A stretch of DNA of 64,000 nucleotides, taken from positions 4,896,001-4,960,000 of the forward strand of contig OY760175.1 in the NCBI GenBank assembly GCA_963663165.1. Direction: 5' to 3'. The notes under the pieces were generated by a model. That model was not told the origin of the DNA and did not search any database. It saw only the letters and a program-made list of their open reading frames with translations. Shown piece after piece: positions 49,296 to 60,709 of the stretch. The DNA is from an uncultured Desulfospira sp. (GTDB lineage: Bacteria > Desulfobacterota > Desulfobacteria > Desulfobacterales > Desulfobacteraceae). Within the stretch, counting starts at the first letter, position 1. Each line of letters starts with the position of its first letter. Both the position numbers and the translations under genes were made by a program.

Positions 49296-49369
49296 ACGAT
49301 TCGAGGTCGGACCAAGCTAACGATTCGAGGTCACGATTCGAGGGTACGATTCGAGGTCGGACCAAGCTA
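49296..49369 (+). repeat. tandem REP-like repeats
   Basis: four ACGATTCGAGG units, two extended by TCGGACCAAGCTA (RAYT1 flank motif). Confidence 0.75.
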
Positions 49370-49467
49370 ATAAACTGAAATTTAAATAAATAGTCTTTAA
49401 AGATACCCTCAAAACTGTCTTAAATGAATGTTTTTTGGGGCAAAATGGTCATCTTAAAAAGACTAAT

Positions 49468-51313
49468 CCCAAAATAAGTGTGAAATAAGTAATAAAAATG
49501 AGAAAAAAGTCTCGAAACGCCTATCAATAAAGAGTATAATGAGTTTGGCAAAACGAACTATACCAAATTGAAAGGGCGTTTCGAGTGAATAAGAATATCA
49601 TCAAAAAATTGGCAAAACGCAAGAAAAAAATAAGCAAAAAACTGAACAAAAGAGATTGGACTGAGCAGCCAACTCCCATGCTAAAGGCATCCAATATCCA
49701 GTATGAGATCGACGGTCGCCTTCAGGGAATATCACATGGAGGCATTGGCCTGATCCATATGTTGGCCAAAAAGACCGGCCTTTTGAAAGAAATCGATAAA
49801 GAACTTGAGCTGCTCAAGCGCCATTTGCCATATCATGAATCTGATCATGTCGCCAATATGGCATACAATATTCTTGCAGGCGGAACCTGTCTTCAGGACA
49901 TTGAATTGCAAAGAAACAATGATGCCTGGCTTAATGCTCTGGACGCAAAAATGATCCCTGATCCGACAACGGCAGGGGATTTTTTGCGCCGGTTTTCCCA
50001 GGAAAATATCATTACCCTGATGGATGTGAAAAATACCATACGGAAAAAAATATGGGAAAAGCAGCCTCAAAATTTCAAAGAATCAGCCATCATCAATATT
50101 GACGGAACTATCAGTGAGACAAGCGGCAAGTGCAAACAGGGTATGGACATCTCCTACAATGGTAAGTGGGGGTATGCCCCGCTGGTTGTTTCACTGGAGA
50201 GAACAAGGGAACCTCTTTATGTCATCAACCGCTCGGGCAATGCCCCGTCCCACCTTGACTCTGCCCGGTGGGTGGATAAGGCTCTTGATCTGACGGAAGG
50301 CACTTTTAAAAAATTATACGTTCGGGGAGATACGGATTTCAGCCTTACCACGCACTTTGACAAATGGGATCAACGTTGTTCCTTTATTTTTGGCATGGAT
50401 GCCAGATCAAATCTAACAAAACGTGCAAATGCTCTTCCTGAAACCGACTGGGTCAGGCTTGAAAAACTGTCTGCGAAAATTAAAACTCAGCCCCGGAAAC
50501 GTCCTGAGAATATCAAACTTCAAGTGGTGAAAAAGCGCAAATTCAAACGCATAGAGACTGCGTATGAACATATAGCCGAGTTTGAATACAAACCGGGAAA
50601 ATGTCAAAAACCATACAGAATGATCGTTTTGCGTAAAACAATAAACGAGTTCAAGGGAGAATTACTACTGTTCGATGATATCCGCTACTTTTTTTATATT
50701 ACCAATGATTGGAAAAAACCGGCCAAACAACTGGTAGCCTTTTACCGGAAACGGGCTGACCACGAAAATGATATTGAACAGTTGAAACATGGCGTACGTG
50801 CTATGGATAATCCTTCAGACTCTTTGAATGCCAACTGGGCCTATATGGTTATTACCTCCATGGCATGGGATCTGAAAGCCTGGTATGGGCTGCTGATGCC
50901 ATATCGTGCATTAGGGCTTTCCATCATCCGCATGGAATTCAAGCGTTTTATCCAGACATTTATAAACATCCCCTGTTTAATTTTGAAATCTGGCAGGGCT
51001 ATAAAATATCGAATTATTGGCTATAACAACCGGCTCCAAAGCATGTTCAAATATTTTGATTTTATAAGGACCGTCCGGGTTACATGATGCCATTGCTCTC
51101 CGGATAGTTATTGCAAACGGGTTGCAATGGCGAGTCCAAACCCTGCAGTCTCAAAAAAGGAATGACAAAAACATGAAACACAAGACAACTGGCAATACTC
51201 AAAAAAACTGGGGACTCGTGTTTCTACTGGATGGCAAGTTGGTGGCCAAAATAATACCTCAAACGGCGGGTTGCTCATGAGTATATCTTTTTTGAAAACG
51301 CGCTTGTTTTGGG
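49468..51313 (+). mobile_element. IS1380 copy D (intact)
   Basis: TSD ACTAAT; 1846 bp. Confidence 0.93.
49585..51087 (+). CDS. IS1380 transposase
   Basis: identical protein to copy A. Confidence 0.92.
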   Translation: MNKNIIKKLAKRKKKISKKLNKRDWTEQPTPMLKASNIQYEIDGRLQGISHGGIGLIHMLAKKTGLLKEIDKELELLKRHLPYHESDHVANMAYNILAGGTCLQDIELQRNNDAWLNALDAKMIPDPTTAGDFLRRFSQENIITLMDVKNTIRKKIWEKQPQNFKESAIINIDGTISETSGKCKQGMDISYNGKWGYAPLVVSLERTREPLYVINRSGNAPSHLDSARWVDKALDLTEGTFKKLYVRGDTDFSLTTHFDKWDQRCSFIFGMDARSNLTKRANALPETDWVRLEKLSAKIKTQPRKRPENIKLQVVKKRKFKRIETAYEHIAEFEYKPGKCQKPYRMIVLRKTINEFKGELLLFDDIRYFFYITNDWKKPAKQLVAFYRKRADHENDIEQLKHGVRAMDNPSDSLNANWAYMVITSMAWDLKAWYGLLMPYRALGLSIIRMEFKRFIQTFINIPCLILKSGRAIKYRIIGYNNRLQSMFKYFDFIRTVRVT

Positions 51314-51575
51314 ACTAATAGCCAAAACGGGGATTCCGGGACATGATACTAACTTTAGAGATCATGTCCCGGCTAACCCGATGATCACCGAACAAGCCAA
51401 TGAACCCGACCGGGCTTACTGCGCGGCGTTTCTGAAGGGGAAAAAGGGTCAAGTCTACCTTTGACCCTTAATTGCATTCTTCCTCACATAATCACATGAA
51501 CTACATGAACTAAAAAATTGGGGTCAGAGTAAAATTAAATATTGAATTATTTCATTACAATGATAAGTTAAGCCC

Positions 51576-54160
51576 ATGGCACGATTACAACGAATAGCTC
51601 CAAAAAATATTCCAATTCATATCGTCAGAGGGGAAACAACCGACAGGTGTGTTTTGGGTCGGATGATAATCACGCGGCATATGCAGCGTGGTTAAAGGAA
51701 TACTCAAAGAAATATAAAGTTGATGTGCATGCCTGGGCAATGATGAGCAACCACGTTCACCTGTTGTGCACTCCCCGGCAGGAAAAAGCAATAAGCAGCA
51801 TGATGCAGGCTTTGGGCCGCCGGTATGTTCGTTATTTTAATTAGTGCCTGACCGGAAACCCCGATTTTGAAATTTTCAGGGGGTCGATGTTTGACAAAAC
51901 CTTAAATCTTTGTTGTTCCTGTCATCACAAACCGGGAGAAATGCTTCCATCTCTGCCGGTTTTCGGCAACTTTCTCCTTTTCCGGACGCAACTGTAGTGT
52001 TTGCCGTGTTTTTTTTAAGCAATGGCCTGTTTTAAGCTGCTTTGCGCTGTTCAGACCCTTGCAGCTTTTTTAATCCCTTTTGTTGTATGTGATGCCCGAT
52101 GATCTGGAGATTTCTTGCCAAAACCGACAGGCTCACATACCTCTTAAACCCTTGAATGCCATGATCCGGGCATCTGTCAAGACCATGATTTTCCAGTCCG
52201 TTTATGGCAGATTCCACCGCTGAATGTTTTCTTTTAAAACGAATGAAATCTTCCGCTGTTTCTTCTTCATATTCCGCCTTGTTGCATCTGCCTTTTTTCG
52301 GAAGCACCAAAATATCCAATCTGCCCTTCAGGTCCTTTTTGTTGCCTGGAGAGTAAAACCCTTTATCAAAACTGCATCCTTTGAGATCAGAAAATTTGCT
52401 TTGTGCCAATGTTACCATCGCAACGGCGACTTTATCATCGGTTTCTTTCTCCATCACCCGGTGGTGCAGGATAAAGCCATATTGGTCCTCCAGGATACAT
52501 ACCCGCAAGCCCAATTCCTGGGGAACACCGGCCTTGCCTTTTGAAATCCACTCCGTGTGGGGTTCGAAAATCGAAAAAATCTTGTCTTCATGGGGGATCT
52601 TTTCATCCTGTAACACCCGGCGTTTGATCAAATCAATTTGCCAAAGTGCGTAGTTGATATATGTTTGTAATTCTTCAGCTCGGGCTGCACATATAATATC
52701 GGATGCCGGTATCATTTCCACGGTCAATCGCGCCTTTTGAATATATTTTTCAGCAAGCTTGATATATGCTGTATGGGCATCCATAATTTGCTGGACTCTT
52801 TTGGCCTTTTTCTTTTCATCCTTTGATGTGGAATGTTTCAAACGCTGGACTATTCGATAAAGCTTTTTAAATGCTTTAATATTATACGCTGATTGCCGCC
52901 ACATACTCGTTCCAATGTCCTGGCTGATAATAGCGGCAATTTGAATCATTTTTCGGACTGCATCAAAAAGCAGGTTGATATCTGTGGGATAATGAACATT
53001 GGTTTCTACAACGAATGAATCACACCGCCCAATCAAGGCTCCATCGTCCGAAGTTTTTTTTTCATCAGAAGTTTATGGCCTTCTTGCACAACCAGAGTGT
53101 TGATTTTGTCAAGAATATCTGGGGTCATAAGCCTGACATTATCTTTCAGGGTCTGAAGGGGGTAGGCGATATCATTGTCCATCATGCCATGCCCCAGCAT
53201 CTGCCTTATTGTTTTGTGGTTGTTCACCATTTCCTGGAGTTTATCATAATCCCAATTGCAATTGAGCCGAATGACGCCCATTACAAGGATCTTCCACAGG
53301 TCCATACCGGGACGTCCATTTTTAGAATCGGTACTTTCTGGGATCATGTCCGTGAGGATATCAAAAACTTTTTGTCGAAGACTCTGGTCGCAATAGATAT
53401 GTTGGAGTCCCAAAAGAAGTTTGGGGATTTCATCCCTGGCTCTCATATCAATTTTAATTTGATCGATAGGGGTCTGCCCGAATGTCATCTGTAGTTCAAA
53501 AATTTTACGCAAAACGACCTCGAAGTTCTGATGGAATGTTGAAGTTTGAATTACTATTGGCTTGTCTCACAAAACATAAATCCTATATAATTTTATAGGG
53601 TTAGATTAACATAGTAATTAGTAAAAAGCAACAAGTAATTCATATCACAACAGAAACTTCAAACGAATTTCAGCCCAGATACCCCTGGAAAATATGATGG
53701 TTCCAATTTCCGGTCAGGCACTAATTATGAATACCAGCGAACCGGTACCCTTTGGGAAGGACGTTATAAATCATGCCTGATTGAATCGGAAACCTATCTT
53801 CTTACGGTCTATAGATATATTGAGCTTAATCCGGTGAGAGCCGGAATGGTTTTATCTCCAGGAGACTATCGCTGGTCCAGCTACCGAATTAATGCCTTGG
53901 GAAAAGCATCTGATTTGTGCGTACCCCACCCGGAGTATATGATGCTTGGAAGAAATTCCAGGGAACGTTGTGAAAAATACAATTTATTATTTGAACACGA
54001 TATTCATAAACAAGAAGTAGAGCTGATCAGAAAAGCTACCAATAAAGGCATGGTTGTGGGTAATGACCGATTCAGAAACGAAATTGAGACATTGACGGGC
54101 AGAAGGGTCAGGGAAAAAAGGAGGGGCAGGCCCCCTGGATGGCGAAAGTCTGATATTTAA
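51576..54160 (+). pseudogene. rayT: RAYT copy 2, frameshifted and IS-interrupted
   Basis: MARL.R...RGNNRQ, MSNHVHLL, YVRYFN|YEYQRTGTLWEGRY, YIELNPVRA, WSSY; perfect 25-bp inverted flanks at 51516-51540 and 54155-54179. Confidence 0.88.
51844..53721 (-). mobile_element. ISNCY (ISDol1-like) element copy 1, 1878 bp; ORFs 53033-53512 and 52032-53036 joined by -1 frameshift
   Basis: IRs GTGCCTGACCGGAAA; TSD TAATTA; A9 slippery run; CDSFVVET..HYPTD, FDKGF, AVESAIN. Confidence 0.88.
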
Positions 54161-54239
54161 TTTTACTCTGACCCCAATTTCTCTTCAGTTTCATGAGGAT
54201 GAAAATGTGCTGGTTCATCAGAATGAATAAAATGATTTA

Positions 54240-56117
54240 GTGCCTGACCGGAAACCCCGATTTTGAAATTTTCAGGGGGTCGATGTTTGACAAAACCTTA
54301 AATCTTTGTTGTTCCTGTCATCACAAACCGGGAGAAATGCTTCCATCTCTGCCGGTTTTCGGCAACTTTCTCCTTTTCCGGACGCAACTGTAGTGTTTGC
54401 CGTGTTTTTTTTAAGCAATGGCCTGTTTTAAGCTGCTTTGCGCTGTTCAGACCCTTGCAGCTTTTTTAATCCCTTTTGTTGTATGTGATGCCCGATGATC
54501 TGGAGATTTCTTGCCAAAACCGACAGGCTCACATACCTCTTAAACCCTTGAATGCCATGATCCGGGCATCTGTCAAGACCATGATTTTCCAGTCCGTTTA
54601 TGGCAGATTCCACCGCTGAATGTTTTCTTTTAAAACGAATGAAATCTTCCGCTGTTTCTTCTTCATATTCCGCCTTGTTGCATCTGCCTTTTTTCGGAAG
54701 CACCAAAATATCCAATCTGCCCTTCAGGTCCTTTTTGTTGCCTGGAGAGTAAAACCCTTTATCAAAACTGCATCCTTTGAGATCAGAAAATTTGCTTTGT
54801 GCCAATGTTACCATCGCAACGGCGACTTTATCATCGGTTTCTTTCTCCATCACCCGGTGGTGCAGGATAAAGCCATATTGGTCCTCCAGGATACATACCC
54901 GCAAGCCCAATTCCTGGGGAACACCGGCCTTGCCTTTTGAAATCCACTCCGTGTGGGGTTCGAAAATCGAAAAAATCTTGTCTTCATGGGGGATCTTTTC
55001 ATCCTGTAACACCCGGCGTTTGATCAAATCAATTTGCCAAAGTGCGTAGTTGATATATGTTTGTAATTCTTCAGCTCGGGCTGCACATATAATATCGGAT
55101 GCCGGTATCATTTCCACGGTCAATCGCGCCTTTTGAATATATTTTTCAGCAAGCTTGATATATGCTGTATGGGCATCCATAATTTGCTGGACTCTTTTGG
55201 CCTTTTTCTTTTCATCCTTTGATGTGGAATGTTTCAAACGCTGGACTATTCGATAAAGCTTTTTAAATGCTTTAATATTATACGCTGATTGCCGCCACAT
55301 ACTCGTTCCAATGTCCTGGCTGATAATAGCGGCAATTTGAATCATTTTTCGGACTGCATCAAAAAGCAGGTTGATATCTGTGGGATAATGAACATTGGTT
55401 TCTACAACGAATGAATCACACCGCCCAATCAAGGCTCCATCGTCCGAAGTTTTTTTTTCATCAGAAGTTTATGGCCTTCTTGCACAACCAGAGTGTTGAT
55501 TTTGTCAAGAATATCTGGGGTCATAAGCCTGACATTATCTTTCAGGGTCTGAAGGGGGTAGGCGATATCATTGTCCATCATGCCATGCCCCAGCATCTGC
55601 CTTATTGTTTTGTGGTTGTTCACCATTTCCTGGAGTTTATCATAATCCCAATTGCAATTGAGCCGAATGACGCCCATTACAAGGATCTTCCACAGGTCCA
55701 TACCGGGACGTCCATTTTTAGAATCGGTACTTTCTGGGATCATGTCCGTGAGGATATCAAAAACTTTTTGTCGAAGACTCTGGTCGCAATAGATATGTTG
55801 GAGTCCCAAAAGAAGTTTGGGGATTTCATCCCTGGCTCTCATATCAATTTTAATTTGATCGATAGGGGTCTGCCCGAATGTCATCTGTAGTTCAAAAATT
55901 TTACGCAAAACGACCTCGAAGTTCTGATGGAATGTTGAAGTTTGAATTACTATTGGCTTGTCTCACAAAACATAAATCCTATATAATTTTATAGGGTTAG
56001 ATTAACATAGTAATTAGTAAAAAGCAACAAGTAATTCATATCACAACAGAAACTTCAAACGAATTTCAGCCCAGATACCCCTGGAAAATATGATGGTTCC
56101 AATTTCCGGTCAGGCAC
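54240..56117 (-). mobile_element. ISNCY (ISDol1-like) element copy 2; ORFs 55429-55908 and 54428-55432
   Basis: same proteins as copy 1; TSD GATTTA. Confidence 0.88.
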
Positions 56118-56282
56118 GATTTAGGTGTTGCTGGAGTTCTTTTTTCTTCATTTTATCTTATTAATCCCAAAACAAGTGTGAAATAAGTAATAAAAATGAG
56201 AAAAAAATCTCGAAACGCCTATCAATAAAGAGTATAATGAGTTTGGCAAAACGAACTATACCAAATTGAAAGGGCGTTTCGA

Positions 56283-57785
56283 GTGAATAAGAATATCATC
56301 AAAAAATTGGCAAAACGCAAGAAAAAAATAAGCAAAAAACTGAACAAAAGAGATTGGACTGAGCAGCCAACTCCCATGCTAAAGGCATCCAATATCCAGT
56401 ATGAGATCGACGGTCGCCTTCAGGGAATATCACATGGAGGCATTGGCCTGATCCATATGTTGGCCAAAAAGACCGGCCTTTTGAAAGAAATCGATAAAGA
56501 ACTTGAGCTGCTCAAGCGCCATTTGCCATATCATGAATCTGATCATGTCGCCAATATGGCATACAATATTCTTGCAGGCGGAACCTGTCTTCAGGACATT
56601 GAATTGCAAAGAAACAATGATGCCTGGCTTAATGCTCTGGACGCAAAAATGATCCCTGATCCGACAACGGCAGGGGATTTTTTGCGCCGGTTTTCCCAGG
56701 AAAATATCATTACCCTGATGGATGTGAAAAATACCATACGGAAAAAAATATGGGAAAAGCAGCCTCAAAATTTCAAAGAATCAGCCATCATCAATATTGA
56801 CGGAACTATCAGTGAGACAAGCGGCAAGTGCAAACAGGGTATGGACATCTCCTACAATGGTAAGTGGGGGTATGCCCCGCTGGTTGTTTCTCTGGAGAGA
56901 ACAAGGGAACCTCTTTATGTCATCAACCGCTCGGGCAATGCCCCGTCCCACCTTGACTCTGCCCGGTGGGTGGATAAGGCTCTTGATCTGACGGAAGGCA
57001 CTTTTAAAAAATTATACGTTCGGGGAGATACGGATTTCAGCCTTACCACGCACTTTGACAAATGGGATCAACGTTGTTCCTTTATTTTTGGCATGGATGC
57101 CAGATCAAATCTAACAAAACGTGCAAATGCTCTTCCTGAAACCGACTGGGTCAGGCTTGAAAAACTGTCTGCGAAAATTAAAACTCAGCCCCGGAAACGT
57201 CCTGAGAATATCAAACTTCAAGTGGTGAAAAAGCGCAAATTCAAACGCATAGAGACTGCGTATGAACATATAGCCGAGTTTGAATACAAACCGGGAAAAT
57301 GTCAAAAACCATACAGAATGATCGTTTTGCGTAAAACAATAAACGAGTTCAAGGGAGAATTACTACTGTTCGATGATATCCGCTACTTTTTTTATATTAC
57401 CAATGATTGGAAAAAACCGGCCAAACAACTGGTAGCCTTTTACCGGAAACGGGCTGACCACGAAAATGATATTGAACAGTTGAAACATGGCGTACGTGCT
57501 ATGGATAATCCTTCAGACTCTTTGAATGCCAACTGGGCCTATATGGTTATTACCTCCATGGCATGGGATCTGAAAGCCTGGTATGGGCTGCTGATGCCAT
57601 ATCGTGCATTAGGGCTTTCCATCATCCGCATGGAATTCAAGCGTTTTATCCAGACATTTATAAACATCCCCTGTTTAATTTTGAAATCTGGCAGGGCTAT
57701 AAAATATCGAATTATTGGCTATAACAACCGGCTCCAAAGCATGTTCAAATATTTTGATTTTATAAGGACCGTCCGGGTTACATGA
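56283..57785 (+). CDS. IS1380 transposase
   Basis: identical protein to copy A. Confidence 0.92.
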   Translation: MNKNIIKKLAKRKKKISKKLNKRDWTEQPTPMLKASNIQYEIDGRLQGISHGGIGLIHMLAKKTGLLKEIDKELELLKRHLPYHESDHVANMAYNILAGGTCLQDIELQRNNDAWLNALDAKMIPDPTTAGDFLRRFSQENIITLMDVKNTIRKKIWEKQPQNFKESAIINIDGTISETSGKCKQGMDISYNGKWGYAPLVVSLERTREPLYVINRSGNAPSHLDSARWVDKALDLTEGTFKKLYVRGDTDFSLTTHFDKWDQRCSFIFGMDARSNLTKRANALPETDWVRLEKLSAKIKTQPRKRPENIKLQVVKKRKFKRIETAYEHIAEFEYKPGKCQKPYRMIVLRKTINEFKGELLLFDDIRYFFYITNDWKKPAKQLVAFYRKRADHENDIEQLKHGVRAMDNPSDSLNANWAYMVITSMAWDLKAWYGLLMPYRALGLSIIRMEFKRFIQTFINIPCLILKSGRAIKYRIIGYNNRLQSMFKYFDFIRTVRVT

Positions 57786-57977
57786 TGCCATTGCTCTCCG
57801 GATAGTTATTGCAAACGGGTTGCAATGGCGAGTCCAAACCCTGCAGTCTCAAAAAAGGAATGACAAAAACATGAAACACAAGACAACTGGCAATACTCAA
57901 AAAAACTGGGGACTCGTGTTTCTACTGGATGGCAAGTTGGTGGCCAAAATAATACCTCAAACGGGGTGCATTCCCAT

Positions 57978-59378
57978 TTAGTGGCCTAAGCAAAGTGACC
58001 GAATTTGTATGAAGATATTGTCAGTCAAGATGTTCCACCTCCCGGAAAGGAGCTGACTCCTTAAGAACAACATTGATTCGGATGTTTCCGGTTTCCAGAA
58101 TATACCCGGTGATTTCATTCTGAGATTTATAACCCGACGTATTGCACTTTCAACACAGCCGCTGCCAGTAGGTATTTTCAGGCTGCGGAACTGGCGATAC
58201 TGCATTCTGTTTCGATTTTTCACGAAGTAACTTTTAAATTTGGATAGTGCTTCTATGCGCCTTTTAGGGTACGTAATGTGTTTTACAATTTCTTTTCTAA
58301 GGTCTTTGAATCTGCCATCCCAAAGGAGGTTCTTCCAAGATTCTGCTATCCGGTTTCTTTCTTTTATAGGGATTCTCTTTGGCAATTTGTCCACGATTTC
58401 ATGTAAATTCTGTTTTGCATGGGTGTAGTCGATTACCTCATAATAGGATTCGATTTCAAGCCGTTTGGCCAGCGGGCCTGTTCGCTTCCAATAGCTACGT
58501 GCACCGTCACAGCAGAAAACAACACGCTTGGCTTTGGGAATATCTAATTCACGCAAGTAGATCTCAAGAATATCAAAAGCGGCATCAATACCGCCCATTG
58601 TGGCATCATAAACCGGCAAGTGTTTTTTGGATATTGTGCCGTCCGGATCGACAATATGTATGACAAACTGAATGGGTTCTTTCCATTCAGCATGATATCC
58701 CTGCCGCTTTTGGCCTTTTGATTTACGTCCCCGTTTTGGCCTCCGTTCTCGAAGGCGACCGCCGTCGATACAAACCAGAACCGTTTTGCCACCAACGCGA
58801 TCAGTATCTCCAAAAGATACCCGGCCACGCAGGGGCATAGCTTCCTGTGCAAGATTCATTGTTATGCGGCGTATGGTTTTGACATTTAAGTTGATTGCAT
58901 GGTTTTCCAGGGATCTTCGGGCAATTTCAAAAGAGGGACAGAGCAATGCTGCATGGACCACCGACGAAGCGAACAGCGTTGAACACCTGCCGATAAAACC
59001 AAGGTAATCAAGCCCAAAATGGCGGCCTGTCCCCTTTTGTCGTTTTTTTGTTTTAGGGCCTGGCCGTTGTTTGGAAACAACTTTTGAAAAGTAAGGGGAT
59101 CGGATGCTCAGGGTAGTTCCTGTCAATAATCGAATGCTGCTGGGGCGGTATCCGTTGAAACGCAGTCCCTTTTTACCGGCACCAATTTTCAGTTCAGATA
59201 AAAGATCCGGGTCAGACAGTGCCTTTTCAATGACGGGAACCAGAAATGCTTCCACAATAATGAAGAGGCCGTTCCGTACCTGCTCACAAAGGATATTAGC
59301 ATTTTGATGGTTTTGGAAATCAGCTACGGCTTTTGTTAGAAGGGTTCGAATATCCCTTATAGTGGAAGCAAGTTTCAT
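57978..59378 (-). CDS. ISKra4/ISLre2-like DDE transposase
   Basis: IDGG, CDGA..YW, IDYTHA, MQY, GSGCVESA, RMK..G..W. Confidence 0.85.
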   Translation of the reverse strand: MKLASTIRDIRTLLTKAVADFQNHQNANILCEQVRNGLFIIVEAFLVPVIEKALSDPDLLSELKIGAGKKGLRFNGYRPSSIRLLTGTTLSIRSPYFSKVVSKQRPGPKTKKRQKGTGRHFGLDYLGFIGRCSTLFASSVVHAALLCPSFEIARRSLENHAINLNVKTIRRITMNLAQEAMPLRGRVSFGDTDRVGGKTVLVCIDGGRLRERRPKRGRKSKGQKRQGYHAEWKEPIQFVIHIVDPDGTISKKHLPVYDATMGGIDAAFDILEIYLRELDIPKAKRVVFCCDGARSYWKRTGPLAKRLEIESYYEVIDYTHAKQNLHEIVDKLPKRIPIKERNRIAESWKNLLWDGRFKDLRKEIVKHITYPKRRIEALSKFKSYFVKNRNRMQYRQFRSLKIPTGSGCVESAIRRVINLRMKSPGIFWKPETSESMLFLRSQLLSGRWNILTDNIFIQIRSLCLGH

Positions 59379-59435
59379 GATCAGTCCTCGAATTGCAGGT
59401 TGAAAAATTACCTGTCATTTCGATGACTGAAACCC

Positions 59436-60308
59436 TCAAGTTTGTGTGCATAGCTGCTTTTTATAATTGGAAGTCAACGGGTATACATAGATGTCTTTTA
59501 TCGGCACCTGAAGTCTGTGGTGCCTGTCTTGACGGCTTCGCCCTTTGCTTTGACCAATTTTTTGCCAATTTGCCGCCTGGTAGCAAGTTCCGGCAAAGCG
59601 TGATCGATCCACGAAAGTTTCTACCAGACAGATATCGTGACCATATTTAGCTGTCCAGTCCCGGCTCAGCCGCCTAAGACATGAACCCAGAATATGACTG
59701 GCAAGATGGGGAATTCGAATCCATGGCAAAATCAAAAATCGGGTATTGTTGGTCGTCATATGCAGGTTCCTGCGACGAGCCGACCTATCCCAACCGATGA
59801 ATCGGTCACGAGGGGCCGTTTTCCATGCTGCTGAGCCAAAAAGCAGGCAGGCAACCGGACGAGAATTGCGATCAAAAGCCATATACTTCATATGTTCTCC
59901 GACATACCCTTTACACCCAAGGTAATGATATCGATCCATAAGGCAATGGAATAAATCATCAATATCTCCACGGCCCGATACCGGTATCAATTGTATCGGG
60001 CGGATCTTACGCAAAGTGGTTTCTATCGGCTTACAATCATGGGGGACATCGGGAATACGCCGCTGACGGTTACCGCTATGACGGGCAACGGGAAGTGTGA
60101 CCATCCCTTTTTGCTCAAGTTTTCTCAGCATGCTTCGACAGGCCATGTCCTTGAGCAGACCTTTTTCCGTGCGCCAATCCCAGCGAGCACACAATTCTTT
60201 GGATAAACGAGTGCGGTGCCAGGCGGGATTGTCGTTAATCAAATGGCGTATCGTTTGTATATCAACTTCTGAAAATTCACGTCCTTGAATGGTTAAAGTC
60301 CTGCTCAT
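59436..60308 (-). CDS. DUF4338 (Druantia DruA-like) protein
   Basis: HYLG, GE.MKY, AAWK..PRD.FIGW, NNTRFLILPW, LASHIL, ETFVD, GTCY.AANW..IG. Confidence 0.85.
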   Translation of the reverse strand: MSRTLTIQGREFSEVDIQTIRHLINDNPAWHRTRLSKELCARWDWRTEKGLLKDMACRSMLRKLEQKGMVTLPVARHSGNRQRRIPDVPHDCKPIETTLRKIRPIQLIPVSGRGDIDDLFHCLMDRYHYLGCKGYVGEHMKYMAFDRNSRPVACLLFGSAAWKTAPRDRFIGWDRSARRRNLHMTTNNTRFLILPWIRIPHLASHILGSCLRRLSRDWTAKYGHDICLVETFVDRSRFAGTCYQAANWQKIGQSKGRSRQDRHHRLQVPIKDIYVYPLTSNYKKQLCTQT

Positions 60309-60505
60309 GCAAATCTATATAACCTTTCATGAGCCAGGAGTCCAGCTTTTTTTGGGAGGGCAGAGTATTCAATGCAGCATGAAAAACGGAAAAATTGGAT
60401 ACATGTCAGTTCATGCCACTAAATGGGATTGCACCCCCTCAAACGGCGGGTTGCTCATGAGTATATCTTTTTTGAAAACGCGCTTGTTTTGGGATTAATC
60501 CAAGT

Positions 60506-60556
60506 AGTGAACGTTTCCAAATAAGCGGCTTGACCGGTTCATTTGGTTTGTTGAAA
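60506..60556 (-). other. attC-like site (51 bp)
   Basis: TTTCAAC-aaacc-AAATGAAC-CGG tcaag CCG-CTTATTT-ggaaac-GTTCACT; extra G in L''. Confidence 0.55.
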
Positions 60557-60709
60557 TATTCGATCTGATTTTCTTATAACACTCTTTGGGGCCCCGAAAA
60601 AGCAATTATAGCCCCCTTTAGGGAGGTCGTTTTTAAGCTACTTCCTTAATTGACAACCTTCTTGTTTGGTCCGACCCCATCTGTCCATCTGTTTCTGTTC
60701 ACTATATTA

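Larger units (their letters stand above)
57964..60436 (-). mobile_element. ISKra4/ISLre2-like element with DUF4338 passenger
   Basis: IRs GGGTGCAWTCCCATTTAGTGGC; TSD CCTCAAACG (9 bp, or 7 bp if the ends extend by one base). Confidence 0.88.
56166..60493 (+). mobile_element. IS1380 copy E, right end interrupted
   Basis: TSD ATTAAT; net 1846 bp. Confidence 0.92.

Noticed and set aside
49296..49369. CRISPR array
   Set aside because: Units are adjacent with no unique spacers and no cas genes; matches RAYT flank motif
52032..55908. ISNCY transposases as pseudogenes
   Set aside because: Same A9 shift in both copies fits programmed frameshifting
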